Shown: positions 36,208 through 46,653 of the stretch, piece after piece
How positions within the stretch are numbered: position 1 is the first letter of the stretch
How the letters are laid out: every line of letters starts with the position of its first letter
NCBI GenBank assembly: GCA_019057475.1
Contig: DXJO01000044.1
Coordinates: 1 to 52,191 of the forward strand
Length of the DNA stretch: 52,191 bases
Direction of reading: 5' to 3'
Source of the DNA: Candidatus Thorarchaeota archaeon
GTDB taxonomy: Archaea; Asgardarchaeota; Thorarchaeia; Thorarchaeales; Thorarchaeaceae
Notes under the pieces: model-generated
Told to the model about the DNA's origin: nothing
The model's input: only the letters and a program-made list of their open reading frames with translations
Databases searched by the model: none
Position numbers and translations under genes: made by a program

Positions 36208-36280
36208 GTGGCTCACCAAGTAACCTGAAACATTTGTGTTGGCACTGCTAAAAACTGTTTTCTCCCTGCAATTGCTAATC

Positions 36281-37564
36281 TTACTCAATACGATGCAGGC
36301 GTGCCTCAGGGAGCCGCTTTGAGAGCTTCTGGATTGCTACATCGTTTAGAATCGCTTGAACCACTACTCTGCTGCCGGCAAAATCCTGGCTCTCAACGTA
36401 GCCATTCTCATGCAACCAAGAGAGTACCGACATTGTTGAGTCATTGTTTTCGAATTCGATGGAGTAGCGATATATCTTGGGAAGAGATTCATCTATTGCT
36501 AGAAGCAAAGCATCAAGATTTGTTCCCTCCAAGCCCGAAACAGGAATAACTGTGCTATCTTCCTTTTCGAGTAGTTTGATCCTTGCAGCGATTTCATCGG
36601 GGCTCAGCAAGTCCACCTTATTCAATGCGATTATCCGGTGGATATCATTGACTTTGATATCATTGAATGTGTCCAAGCAGGCGTGCAACTTGCGCATCAT
36701 TTCTCGGGGGGTGTCAGACCCATCAACAACTAGAATAATCGTGCTAGCGTTAGAGAGCTCCAACAAGGTCGTATTGAATGCTCGAAGAAGAGGACGGGGC
36801 AAATCGCTGATGAAACCTACTGAGTCTGAAAGAACAACCTGCCGACCAGGGATGCTTAGTTCTCTCGCTTTGGTGGAAAGAGTAGTGAAGAGCTTATCAG
36901 CTATCTCAGCATTGGATCCAGTGAAAGCGTTGTGAAGTGTGCTCTTTCCAGCATTAGTATAGCCTGCTAGTGTCACTTCCAAGAAGCCTCTGTGGACTCT
37001 CCGCTTCCTCTTGAGACTTTGAGCCTCTGTAATCTTCCTCAACTTGGCCTCAATCGCTGCTACACGCCTTCTGATCTCCCTGATTCTCAGATTGAGAAGA
37101 TCTTCACCCGCACCAACCTGTTCAGCAACAGGGCGGTCCCCAGTATGCTCTTTCTGGAGTCTCATCCTGATTTGATGACGCTCAAAAGGAAGCTCATAGC
37201 TCAGTCGCGCCTGTTCGACCATTAATTTTGCCTGCTGAGTTCTCGCGTGCCTGTCGAAAATCTGCAAGATGACCTGTGTTCTGTCACGGACTTCAACACC
37301 CCAGACTTCCATAAGACGAAACACCTGACTGGATTTCAACTGGGGTGAAAACAATACGAAATCGGGTTCGTTGATTTTTATCCAGGTGCCAATCTCCTCT
37401 ACCTTCCCGGATTTGATCCCAAACTTGGCAGATGGAGGGCTGACTACGTCAAACGTACCCACAACGTCATGTCCAGAAGTGGTGGCCAATGCTTCAAACT
37501 CGCTCAGCAGATTGGGGTCAGTATATAGACGCCTTTGCACGAGGAGGGCAGTTCCTGAATCCAT
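36281..37564 (-). CDS. hflX: GTPase HflX
   Basis: DRTQVILQIF, GYTNAGKST, LFTTLST, SDSVGFI, NKVD. Confidence 0.93.
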   Translation of the reverse strand: MDSGTALLVQRRLYTDPNLLSEFEALATTSGHDVVGTFDVVSPPSAKFGIKSGKVEEIGTWIKINEPDFVLFSPQLKSSQVFRLMEVWGVEVRDRTQVILQIFDRHARTQQAKLMVEQARLSYELPFERHQIRMRLQKEHTGDRPVAEQVGAGEDLLNLRIREIRRRVAAIEAKLRKITEAQSLKRKRRVHRGFLEVTLAGYTNAGKSTLHNAFTGSNAEIADKLFTTLSTKARELSIPGRQVVLSDSVGFISDLPRPLLRAFNTTLLELSNASTIILVVDGSDTPREMMRKLHACLDTFNDIKVNDIHRIIALNKVDLLSPDEIAARIKLLEKEDSTVIPVSGLEGTNLDALLLAIDESLPKIYRYSIEFENNDSTMSVLSWLHENGYVESQDFAGSRVVVQAILNDVAIQKLSKRLPEARLHRIE

Positions 37565-37662
37565 TGCCTCTGCAAGAGAGGATAGGGTCTTAAACCGTAC
37601 GATTGAACTCCACAAAGCAAAAGATTCATTGAAGATGCGACGTGAATATCGAGGGAAGGCAC

Positions 37663-39699
37663 ATGAGTAGATTCGAAATTAAGGCGAAGGATGGTCTTTC
37701 TAGGCTAGGCGTCTTCACAACCACTCATGGAAAAGTCACTACGCCACTATTCATGCCTGTTGTACACCCCGCCAAGTCAGTTATTTCACCAAGCTCACTT
37801 GTTGAGGAATTCGGTTTCCAGATGGTCATCACAAACTCCTACATCATCAATTCGAAGGATAAATTCAAAGCGAAGGCGTTGGATGAAGGAGTTCATGGTC
37901 TGCTTGGTTTTGACGGCCCCATCATGACTGACTCAGGGACCTTCCAAATGTACATCCATGAACTCCCAGAAGAGGAGATAGACCCTCTTGAGATTGTGAC
38001 GTTCCAACGGGAAATTGGTTCAGACATTGGAACCATACTAGATGTCTTCTCTGACCCCAAGGTAGGTCGGTTAAAAGTCGAGCAGGATATGGAACTCTCT
38101 CTTGAGCGCGCGCAAATGTCAGTAGGCGAAAAGGGGGAAATGCTTCTTGCGGGTACTGTTCAAGGAGGAGTATACCAGGATCTTCGCGAGAAATCAGCGA
38201 GCGCGCTTGCATCAATGGACTTTGATGTGCACCCCATTGGCGGTGTCGTACCCCTGATGGAACGCTACAGATATGCCGACGTTGTTAGGGCCGTTCTCGC
38301 ATCCAAGAAGCACTTGCCAGTGGACAGACCCGTTCACCTCTTCGGATGCGGACATCCCGTTTTCTTCTCCATCGCAGCCCTCCTTGGCTGTGATTTCTTC
38401 GATTCAGCGTCCTATGCGAAGTTCGCGGAGGCAGGACGAATGCTCTTGCCTTCTGGTACAGTACATCTTGAACAGCTCAGGGAGCTTCCGTGTGAGTGTC
38501 CAGTCTGCAGCACGACTACAGTTGAGAATCTGAAAGGGCTCTCCAAGGACAAGCAAGATCTTGCTCTCATGAAACATAATCTCTACATCACGGCAGCCGA
38601 GATGCGTAGAGTGCGGAATGCGATATCTGAGGGAAAGCTGCTTGAGCTGGCGTCCGCACGGGCAAGAAGCCATCCATCGCTATATGAGGCTCTGCAAGTA
38701 CTGATGGACTCCTATGACCAGATTGAACAAATGGACCCAGTGGCAGATGGCACTTCGATATTCTACACAGGTCCTGAAACGGCTAGACATCCTGCCTTAA
38801 TCAGGTTCCACAAGAAGCTCATGGATCGCTATCCATATAGAAAAACAGAAACACTGGTTATGATACCGAGCCGTGGAAGCCGTCCTTTCTCAGACACAGA
38901 CCCGACAATCATAGACGAGGCTAGGAAGCGAAAACCAGAAGAGCTAATACTGCTGTTCGTAACGCCGATGGGAGCTATTCCATGGGAACTAGAGCATGTT
39001 CATCCAGCCCAGCAATGTCTCTTTCCAGACAGAATAGATGAATTCACAATGCAGAGTGCCCAGAAAAGGCTGCAACAATTCATTGACAGTGTATCATTCA
39101 AGAGCGGCGTGTGGTTGAGTCGAGATGCTCCGACTGACAAGTTGTTTGAGGGAATCAATGCATTGGCTTCAATAGACCGTGTAGCCGGTGCATCTGATGT
39201 TAAGAAAAGACTTCCAGAGCCAAGAAGCGAGATTAAAGACTGGACTGCTAGAAAAATGACAGCTCTTCTCTCTGTTCAATGGGGGATATCTGAGGTCTCG
39301 CGTATGAATCTAGATTCAATGGATTTCACGTTCTCAAGAGCCACTGGGAAGCTACGCCATGTTTCACGAAATGGTGAAATTCTATTCACAGTTGTTCCAT
39401 CCACAGGACTACTGACTCCTACTTACAAAGGCGGTCTTGAGATTCTAAGTGCTGGAGTCCATGAAGACTACATCGTTAAGATGGACGAAGACGCCGCGGA
39501 GTTCGTAGCAAAGGGTAAGTCAGCTTTGGCAAAATTTGTCGCGCATGCTAACTCAGAGCTCCGAGCAGGGGAAGAAGTGCTTGTAGTTGATACGGAGGGT
39601 GAGCTACTCGGTGTGGGGAGAGCTGTTCTCAGCGGGAGTGAGATGATGGCTTTCAACAGGGGTGTTGCTGTCGCCATCAGGCACTCGAAGAGGCCTTAG
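37663..39699 (+). CDS. tgtA: Archaeosine tRNA-guanine(15) transglycosylase with PUA domain
   Basis: TPLFMPV, MTDSGTFQ, IGGVVPLME, HLFGCGHP, FDSASY, CECPVC, and a C-terminal PUA domain. Confidence 0.95.
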   Translation: MSRFEIKAKDGLSRLGVFTTTHGKVTTPLFMPVVHPAKSVISPSSLVEEFGFQMVITNSYIINSKDKFKAKALDEGVHGLLGFDGPIMTDSGTFQMYIHELPEEEIDPLEIVTFQREIGSDIGTILDVFSDPKVGRLKVEQDMELSLERAQMSVGEKGEMLLAGTVQGGVYQDLREKSASALASMDFDVHPIGGVVPLMERYRYADVVRAVLASKKHLPVDRPVHLFGCGHPVFFSIAALLGCDFFDSASYAKFAEAGRMLLPSGTVHLEQLRELPCECPVCSTTTVENLKGLSKDKQDLALMKHNLYITAAEMRRVRNAISEGKLLELASARARSHPSLYEALQVLMDSYDQIEQMDPVADGTSIFYTGPETARHPALIRFHKKLMDRYPYRKTETLVMIPSRGSRPFSDTDPTIIDEARKRKPEELILLFVTPMGAIPWELEHVHPAQQCLFPDRIDEFTMQSAQKRLQQFIDSVSFKSGVWLSRDAPTDKLFEGINALASIDRVAGASDVKKRLPEPRSEIKDWTARKMTALLSVQWGISEVSRMNLDSMDFTFSRATGKLRHVSRNGEILFTVVPSTGLLTPTYKGGLEILSAGVHEDYIVKMDEDAAEFVAKGKSALAKFVAHANSELRAGEEVLVVDTEGELLGVGRAVLSGSEMMAFNRGVAVAIRHSKRP

Positions 39700-40837
39700 T
39701 TGGCATCTCGGCGCTTGCCATCGGATGTCCTGGAACCTTCCTTAGGTCTTGAACCCCACCTAGCGGTAAGACCATCACCTCTGAACGTGAAGCGTACAGT
39801 TTGATATCATCACCAGATTTTAGACCAATGTCCGCATCCAGACGTGCCTGCGCTTCGGTACCTCCGACATCAAAGAACACTTCAAGCGCAGTGCCCACGT
39901 AGGTGGTCTTTGTGACAGTCCCAGCCAACTCGTTGTCCTTAGAGTCTGCGCTCTTAAGCATCAGGTTCTCGGGGCGGATGGCACATTTCACGTCCTCACC
40001 AGCTTCGAATGGATAATTGTCGATGGTGCTGAAGCCAGAGAGAAACTGACCATCAGGAAGTCGAACTACGATGAATTCACCGATCTTTTCCACCTTGCCC
40101 TGCACGAATGTGCACCTGCCAATGAAGTCGGCAACGAATATCGTTTGGGGGTCAGCATAGATCTTGCGAGGCGTGTCGAACTGCTGTACATATCCGATAT
40201 CCATCACAGCCACTCTGTCTGAGATGCTCAATGCCTCAACCTGGTCGTGTGTGACGTAGATTGTTGTAATCGACATCTCCTTCTGGATTCGAATTATCTC
40301 TTCACGCATTTCAACCCGTAGCTTCGCGTCGAGGTTGGACAGTGGTTCATCTAGCAGGAGAACATCTGGCTCAATGACAAGAGCTCTTGCCAGAGCCACC
40401 CTCTGCTGCTGCCCACCAGAGAGTTGGTGAATGTGTCTTCCACCAAGACCTCCAAGTCGCACTAGTTCAAGGGCTGCGTCCACACGTGTGGCTATCGCGG
40501 GCTTTGTGTATTTCCTCCCCTGAACCCGCTTAATCTTCAATCCGTAAGCCACGTTGTCGAACACAGTCAAATGAGGCCAGAGGGCGTAATTCTGGAAGCA
40601 CATTCCTGTGTTCCTCTTGTGCGGAGGCTCAAACGTGACTTCCCTATCATCAAAAAAGATTCTGCCAGAATCAGGAACATAGAACCCAGCGATCAGACGC
40701 AAGAGTGTGGTCTTTCCACAGCCTGACGGCCCAAGCAGTGTTGTGAGCTCACCCTCCTTAATGGTCATGTTCACCATATCTGTGGCAACAATTTCGCCAA
40801 AGGTCTTGCGCAAATTCTCTAGTCTTATCTCGACCAT
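39677..40837 (-). CDS. ABC transporter ATP-binding protein (Fe3+/polyamine type, TOBE domain)
   Basis: [28 protein letters not shown]. Confidence 0.93.
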   Translation of the reverse strand: MVEIRLENLRKTFGEIVATDMVNMTIKEGELTTLLGPSGCGKTTLLRLIAGFYVPDSGRIFFDDREVTFEPPHKRNTGMCFQNYALWPHLTVFDNVAYGLKIKRVQGRKYTKPAIATRVDAALELVRLGGLGGRHIHQLSGGQQQRVALARALVIEPDVLLLDEPLSNLDAKLRVEMREEIIRIQKEMSITTIYVTHDQVEALSISDRVAVMDIGYVQQFDTPRKIYADPQTIFVADFIGRCTFVQGKVEKIGEFIVVRLPDGQFLSGFSTIDNYPFEAGEDVKCAIRPENLMLKSADSKDNELAGTVTKTTYVGTALEVFFDVGGTEAQARLDADIGLKSGDDIKLYASRSEVMVLPLGGVQDLRKVPGHPMASAEMPTKASSSA

Positions 40838-40846
40838 TGTATCACC

Positions 40847-42895
40847 TCATATGCCTGTCATCGCCGATGACCTAGCACCCAGTATCTTGTTTGTTATTGT
40901 GATGACCGTCATTTGCATAGCCATCATCAGTACACCTAATGTGGCGGCGTTATACGCTCCACCGTAGTCTCCTGTTGCCAGCAAAATTTCCCTGCACCAA
41001 AATGTCATTGGGGCTTGCTGCCGTCCTACACTGCCTAAAATCAGACTCGTACTCACCTCACTCACCGAGTAGACGAACGAGAGCAATGACCCAGCAAGGA
41101 CACTCACGCCAATCAAAGGCATTGTGATTTTCATGAATGTCTGGTTCTTGCTCGCGCCCAGGTTCATGGAGGCCTCTTCCAAGACTACTGGTGTAGACTG
41201 CAGCCCGGCATAGGCTGCTCTCACTGTGAACGGAAACTTTCGCACCGCATAGGACATTGTTATCAAGAACCATGGTCCTTCCGGCGGGAAGATAGCCGTG
41301 TTGTAGTACATTAGGAAGTATCCTGTCGCTATGACGATACCCGGAAGAGCGATTGGCGATGTGACCAGTAGGTCAAGCATCGTCTTTCCAGGAATGTCCC
41401 TTCGAGCAATTATGTAAGCTGCACTCGTACCAAGCGTTACTATGATGGCGGTTGCTATGAGTCCGTAGATCAGAGTGTACTGAATGGACCGACTGACATC
41501 CGGATATGCCCATAGTATACCGTAATTGTCCAAAGTCCAGACATCAGGTAGTATCGCATTCGTAGACCATGACTCTGTAAATGACAGGATTATGACGCTG
41601 ATCTGAGGAATGAGAGCAAGGAAGAGCAGTGGTACCAATAGGATGTAAAGAGCTAGTGATGTCCTAGGCCTAAGCCTCCGCACCCTCGGATTCCACTGGC
41701 CGCCTTTTGTACCACCTTCGTACGACCTAAGGGACGCATACTTACGAATGGCTAGGAAACCAGTCAGAGCGAATACCAACAGAATCAACCCGATTGCAGG
41801 GCCAGCCGGGTCAATCTGACCGGACTGCGTAGCGATGCTGGCAAAGACTTGGTACGCGAGTGTCTTCTGAGCTTGCTGATGCTCGAAGTAGACTATTGGT
41901 GTGCCCAAATCCTCAATGCTCAGGATGAATGTCAGAATGGCTCCCGCCTGGATACCAGGCATCGCAAGGGGCAAGGTCACTGAACGAAAGAGCTTGGAGC
42001 CTGTAGCGCCAAGATTCTCTGCTTGTTCTTCAAGGGAGGGGTCTATGCTCATGAATGAAGAGTAGGCATTCAGGTATACGAGCGAGAAGAATGAGAGTGA
42101 CTGTATGAAGATGATAGCTGCGAGACCGTGAAGCTCTATTCTGTATGGTATCACATGAAGCGTCGTGTACAGCAGATTATTGATGAATCCTGCTCGGCCC
42201 ATGAAGTACTTGATTCCGATAGCACCCACGAATGGCGTGGCCAACATCGGAAAAATCAGCACTGTCCGGATAATGCGTTTCCCAGGGAAATCGTACCTTG
42301 CCACTATGAAGGCAAAGAACACCCCTATCACTACTGAAAATACTGTAACAAAGATTGCCACATAGATTGAGTTGATGACAGCCCCGAAGTCCCATCCCTG
42401 AATAACCACCAAGTCCCCGCCGGTGAGGATAGTTTCCAGCCTCACGTATGAAATCCACGTTTCTGTTGCTTCGTCATACTGCCAAGGCCAGAAGTTGGAG
42501 TCCTCAAACAGAACCACAAAATGGTATGGGAAGTTCTCAAGTGAAACGAGAATCACTAGCATCAGTGGAAGGATAAGGAACGCCGTGAATGTGAATAGCA
42601 CCGCTAGCAACTGAACCGTTGAGAGAGCATCCATCTCTTGTCGGAGCTTGCGGTACGCTGCGAATATCTTGACCTGGGGGTCGGAGAAGAAGTCCACGAA
42701 CCCACGAAATCCACCAATAATCCAGTTGACAAGGCCGGTGATTTTTCCTACGATCCATAGCACAATGGCTGCTGGAAGGCCCAGGAGAGCGCGAGTCAGG
42801 TTGTCTCGAACAGTGTCGGTGATCAACTCTGGCTCAGCACTCACTGGTTCGTCCATCGAATGCGTCTGTTCTTCATCTAGTGACAGAGGGTTCAT
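40847..42895 (-). CDS. ABC transporter permease (FbpB-like, two fused domains)
   Basis: Two EAA loops (LEEQAENLGA, LEEASMNLGA) and many TM helices. Confidence 0.9.
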   Translation of the reverse strand: MNPLSLDEEQTHSMDEPVSAEPELITDTVRDNLTRALLGLPAAIVLWIVGKITGLVNWIIGGFRGFVDFFSDPQVKIFAAYRKLRQEMDALSTVQLLAVLFTFTAFLILPLMLVILVSLENFPYHFVVLFEDSNFWPWQYDEATETWISYVRLETILTGGDLVVIQGWDFGAVINSIYVAIFVTVFSVVIGVFFAFIVARYDFPGKRIIRTVLIFPMLATPFVGAIGIKYFMGRAGFINNLLYTTLHVIPYRIELHGLAAIIFIQSLSFFSLVYLNAYSSFMSIDPSLEEQAENLGATGSKLFRSVTLPLAMPGIQAGAILTFILSIEDLGTPIVYFEHQQAQKTLAYQVFASIATQSGQIDPAGPAIGLILLVFALTGFLAIRKYASLRSYEGGTKGGQWNPRVRRLRPRTSLALYILLVPLLFLALIPQISVIILSFTESWSTNAILPDVWTLDNYGILWAYPDVSRSIQYTLIYGLIATAIIVTLGTSAAYIIARRDIPGKTMLDLLVTSPIALPGIVIATGYFLMYYNTAIFPPEGPWFLITMSYAVRKFPFTVRAAYAGLQSTPVVLEEASMNLGASKNQTFMKITMPLIGVSVLAGSLLSFVYSVSEVSTSLILGSVGRQQAPMTFWCREILLATGDYGGAYNAATLGVLMMAMQMTVITITNKILGARSSAMTGI

Positions 42896-42902
42896 CCCCC
42901 CT

Positions 42903-44369
42903 TTATGGTGCTGGTACTGACGCCATGACTGAGAGGTACTGTGCCTTTGCGGCCGCTGTCCAGGCTGTCTTAATCGCGCTCAAGAAGCTCGCGCTACTGT
43001 ACATATCGCCATTTATCTCGGTTGCGTATGCGAGTGTGAACTTCTCCATCACATGTGTATTTGGATCCTCGACTGTCACTGTAGCGCCCATCAGTGTCGC
43101 TAAATCGTTTAGCTCTGTCAGTGTTATGGGATTATTGTCTCTGGTGTATGCCTTCAGAATCGCATCCCAGCAATCCACTAGTTCTGAGTGAGCATCCGTA
43201 AAAACGGCCTCGAAGTAGTGGATGAAGGAAATCTTGCTCCCTAGGGAGATTGTGTCGTTAAAGTAGATGCCCACGTTCGCAATAGTCTGGTTGTAGTTGG
43301 CATACAGCTCCGGAGCTGCTATGCCTAGAGGTTCATCGAAGGCCTCCTTCATGACCGGCATTCTATTGATACTCGTAGATAACCACAGCGACTGACCATA
43401 AGAACTGAGCACAAAGTCAAGGAAACCTTCGGCTAAGTCCTTGTGGGAACTAGTCGATGAAATCGCAATTGGGTCACCGTTGACTATCGATTCACCCTCA
43501 GGCAATATGTACTCACAGTCGGGGTTTCGGTACTGTGTTCCGTAGCCATAGAAGTCGATTGACATGGAAATGCCAACTTGACCCGTTTCAGCCGCGTTCT
43601 GGGTTTCAACTGAGCCACCAAAGATACTTGCGCTTCCTGCCATTCGTGCCATGGTCACCCAGCCTGTATCCCAACCCATGCCCTGAGTTATGATCTCGTA
43701 GATGCGCGTGTTCGATGTGGTGTCTGGCGCATTACCCATCGCGATTGTCGGGGTAGATTTCAACAGGCTGCCATAGATAGGATCAGCCAGATCGGTCCAT
43801 GACATTGGCGTTGGAAGGCCGTAATTGTCCAAGAACTCATGATTCACCGTGAAGCCAAATGAAGATATGGCTGCTGCAATCCAGACAAGGTCGCCTGCGG
43901 AATTGTTACGCTTCATCACGGCTCCGGCTATTGTCGAGTTTATGCGGCTGGCAACCTCGACCATTAGAGGACTGTCAAGCACCTCCAGATAGTCTTCTAC
44001 CATCAGCTGGTCAAAGAGTGTAGGGCCACCGCCCCAGCAAACATCAACCTGTCCCAAGACGATCAAATCGTCCCAGTAATCCTCTGTAGGTGTCTTCCAG
44101 AGGATATCATTGATACCATTAGCTATGGCGAAATCAGACGCCAAGAATGCAGGTTCAAACACATTATGAATCATAACGTCGTGTCGTGTCAGTATTGTCA
44201 AGACGCCTTCCGCCGGCGTCGTGGTAGTTGTTGTTGTAGTGGTTGTTGTTGTCGTGGGGGTAAGCCCGCCCAACATAACAAACGCAATAGCACTGACACC
44301 AACGATTGCAATGACTACAACTGCACAGACAATTGTCTTCATGTTACGTGCGGTTTCAAACTCGCTCAT
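42903..44369 (-). CDS. ABC substrate-binding protein (AfuA/FbpA-like)
   Basis: N-terminal TM plus poly-Thr linker; DVCWGGG, SWTDLADP, NGDPIAI. Confidence 0.87.
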   Translation of the reverse strand: MSEFETARNMKTIVCAVVVIAIVGVSAIAFVMLGGLTPTTTTTTTTTTTTTPAEGVLTILTRHDVMIHNVFEPAFLASDFAIANGINDILWKTPTEDYWDDLIVLGQVDVCWGGGPTLFDQLMVEDYLEVLDSPLMVEVASRINSTIAGAVMKRNNSAGDLVWIAAAISSFGFTVNHEFLDNYGLPTPMSWTDLADPIYGSLLKSTPTIAMGNAPDTTSNTRIYEIITQGMGWDTGWVTMARMAGSASIFGGSVETQNAAETGQVGISMSIDFYGYGTQYRNPDCEYILPEGESIVNGDPIAISSTSSHKDLAEGFLDFVLSSYGQSLWLSTSINRMPVMKEAFDEPLGIAAPELYANYNQTIANVGIYFNDTISLGSKISFIHYFEAVFTDAHSELVDCWDAILKAYTRDNNPITLTELNDLATLMGATVTVEDPNTHVMEKFTLAYATEINGDMYSSASFLSAIKTAWTAAAKAQYLSVMASVPAP

Positions 44370-44670
44370 TTCTCGCTCCTCTATTGACTTCTGAACCCAT
44401 CAGGCACTCTCTCTCTGGGTGGGTTCCACAAATAGGGTCAGGGACATCAGGGATAATTAAGGTTTGTTGCAAGCAAGAATCATTCGTTTTTCTAGGGGGT
44501 TATATTGCGGCATCCAGTCTAACAGACTGCTGGGCAGCAAAGCAACCCAAGAAATAGCGTTGAACTGGCGCTGGAACCGATTATCGTAGTTGAAAAGGTT
44601 TTTAATCGGGTGGGTGTGTCGCCGACCATCCTCTTACGCTTGGAGAACAATACTGGAGGAAATTAATAAA

Positions 44671-46548
44671 ATGAGAACTGGAAATATTGTAAAGAGAGGT
44701 GCAACCATCGCCATCATATTGGCGTTGTGTGTCGCATTTCTCCCAGGTCCAGCTCCTGTCCAAGCGGCAGTGGGATCCGGCGACGGATGGACTATTGTCT
44801 TTGACTACACCCATGGCCAGCACAGTGGAAGTGTGGAGTACATGGATGAATGGTTAGAGGGCAATCTATCCGCGCTAGGATTCACTACTGTCGTCTGGGC
44901 ACTAGGTGGCCTTAATGATTCAATACTAGCTGGTGCAGACGCGCTTGTCATAGGTGGGACCTATGGAAACAACGGATTCACAGCCGCTGAAGTCACAGCT
45001 GTTGGCAGCTGGTTCAACGCAGGAAGCAAGTTCCTGTGGGTCGGAGGCGACTCTGACTACGATGGAACCGCGGTCACCAACAACATGACTCTAATCCTTG
45101 AGGAAGTGGGCTCTCATGTCTATCATGAGCCAACATCAGTTGAGGACCCAATCAGCTGCTGCGCTTCTGGCTATCGAGTTGTGGCCAATACAACCAGCGA
45201 TGATGCATTCGTTGCAGGTATCGTTGAGGGTGTCGATGCAGTACTAATGCACGGACCAACCTTGCTCTACGGCAGTGACAGTGACACTCCTGGTGAGGAT
45301 GTGGACCCAGTTGCATTGGAAACCGCAAGCATTGATGATGTGTATCCACTTCTATACTATGGTGGCAATGCCACTATTACAGATGGTGATATCACATATC
45401 CTTACGCACATACTGATGGTGACGTAGGTTCTTTTGTCGCAACAACTATGGAGATTAATGCTGGTGACGCTGATACCGGTGTCATTGTTGTGTCTGGTGC
45501 TTCGCCCTATGGTGACTACAGACCGATGTACAGTGAAAGCTACTACAATGTTACCCTGACTGGCTACTATCTTGTCAACCAAGCAATATACTTTGGTACT
45601 CTGAAAGCAACAACCGTAGCACACACTGGTAACATAGTCTTTGACTACTCCCATGGCCAACACAGCAGCAGCGTCGAATACATGGATGTCAGACTTCAGA
45701 CAATCCTGACCATGATGGGTTACACCGTCACTTGGGCATCTAGCGGCCTTACCACCGCGGTTCTGGCAGATGCTGATGCTCTCATTATTGGTGGAATCTA
45801 TGGAGACAACGGATTTACAGCAGCCGAAATCACAGCTGTTGGCGACTGGTTCAGCGCAGGAAATAGGTTCCTGTGGGTCGGAGGCGACTCTGACTACGAT
45901 GGAGCTAACGTCGGCAACAACATGACCCTGATCCTTGAGGAAGTCGGTTCTCATGTCTATCATGAGCCAACAGCAATCGAGGACCCAATCAGCTGCTGCG
46001 CTTCTGGCTATCGAGTTGTGGCCAATACAACCAGTGACAATGCATTCGTTGCAGGTTTCGTTGAGGGTGTCGATGCAGTACTAATGCACGGACCAACCAT
46101 GCTCTATGGAAGCAATAACGCCACTCCTGGTGAGAATGTGAACCCAGTTGCATTGGAAACCGTTTCCATTCCGAACGTGTACCCCCTGCTCTACTACGGT
46201 GGGAATGCGACCATTACAGACGGTGACATCACATATCCCTACGCCCACACTGATGGTGATGTAGGTAGCTTCGTTGCTACAACCCTAGAGGTTTTGGCAG
46301 GAGAGGCTGGGACCGGTGTCATTATTGTATCCGGTGCTTCGCCATATGGTGACTACAGACCGATGATAACCCATTCGTATTACGATATTCCATTGAACGG
46401 TGAGAATCTCGTCGTTCAAGGAATCGTTACCGGACTCGATTGGGCTGTGAACGGACTCCCATCTGACATGACAATGATCTACATTGCCGCCGCTATAGGT
46501 GTGGTTGTCATCGTAATCGTTGTTATAGTGGTTATGAAGAAGCGATAG
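44671..46548 (+). CDS. Anchored surface protein with two tandem GATase-like (DUF4350/GIFT-like) domains
   Basis: Signal peptide, two ~280-aa repeats beginning IVFDY(T/S)HGQH, and a C-terminal TM followed by KKR. Confidence 0.75.
   Translation: MRTGNIVKRGATIAIILALCVAFLPGPAPVQAAVGSGDGWTIVFDYTHGQHSGSVEYMDEWLEGNLSALGFTTVVWALGGLNDSILAGADALVIGGTYGNNGFTAAEVTAVGSWFNAGSKFLWVGGDSDYDGTAVTNNMTLILEEVGSHVYHEPTSVEDPISCCASGYRVVANTTSDDAFVAGIVEGVDAVLMHGPTLLYGSDSDTPGEDVDPVALETASIDDVYPLLYYGGNATITDGDITYPYAHTDGDVGSFVATTMEINAGDADTGVIVVSGASPYGDYRPMYSESYYNVTLTGYYLVNQAIYFGTLKATTVAHTGNIVFDYSHGQHSSSVEYMDVRLQTILTMMGYTVTWASSGLTTAVLADADALIIGGIYGDNGFTAAEITAVGDWFSAGNRFLWVGGDSDYDGANVGNNMTLILEEVGSHVYHEPTAIEDPISCCASGYRVVANTTSDNAFVAGFVEGVDAVLMHGPTMLYGSNNATPGENVNPVALETVSIPNVYPLLYYGGNATITDGDITYPYAHTDGDVGSFVATTLEVLAGEAGTGVIIVSGASPYGDYRPMITHSYYDIPLNGENLVVQGIVTGLDWAVNGLPSDMTMIYIAAAIGVVVIVIVVIVVMKKR
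44794..46370 (+). repeat. Intragenic tandem duplication, period ~837-840 nt
   Basis: For example GAGGACCCAATCAGCTGCTGCGCTTCTGGCTATCGAGTTGTGGCCAATACAACCAG is identical at ~45142 and ~45979. Confidence 0.9.
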
Positions 46549-46558
46549 AACATTCTGA

Positions 46559-46606
46559 GAAGTAGCGTGGGCAACGCCCATTCTACTTCCTCCCTTTCTT
46601 TTTTCC
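46559..46606 (+). terminator. Hairpin plus pyrimidine tract
   Basis: GAAGTAG-CG-TGGGC-AAC-GCCCA-TT-CTACTTC followed by CTCCCTTTCTTTTTT, just after the stop codon. Confidence 0.65.
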
Positions 46607-46653
46607 AGCCCCCAATCTGCCACACTACTTAATACGCACATCCATATCGGGTC

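Noticed and set aside
44217-44256. (GTT/GTA)n microsatellite as a phase-variation tract
   Set aside because: Mixed codons encoding an ordinary poly-Thr linker of the substrate-binding protein.
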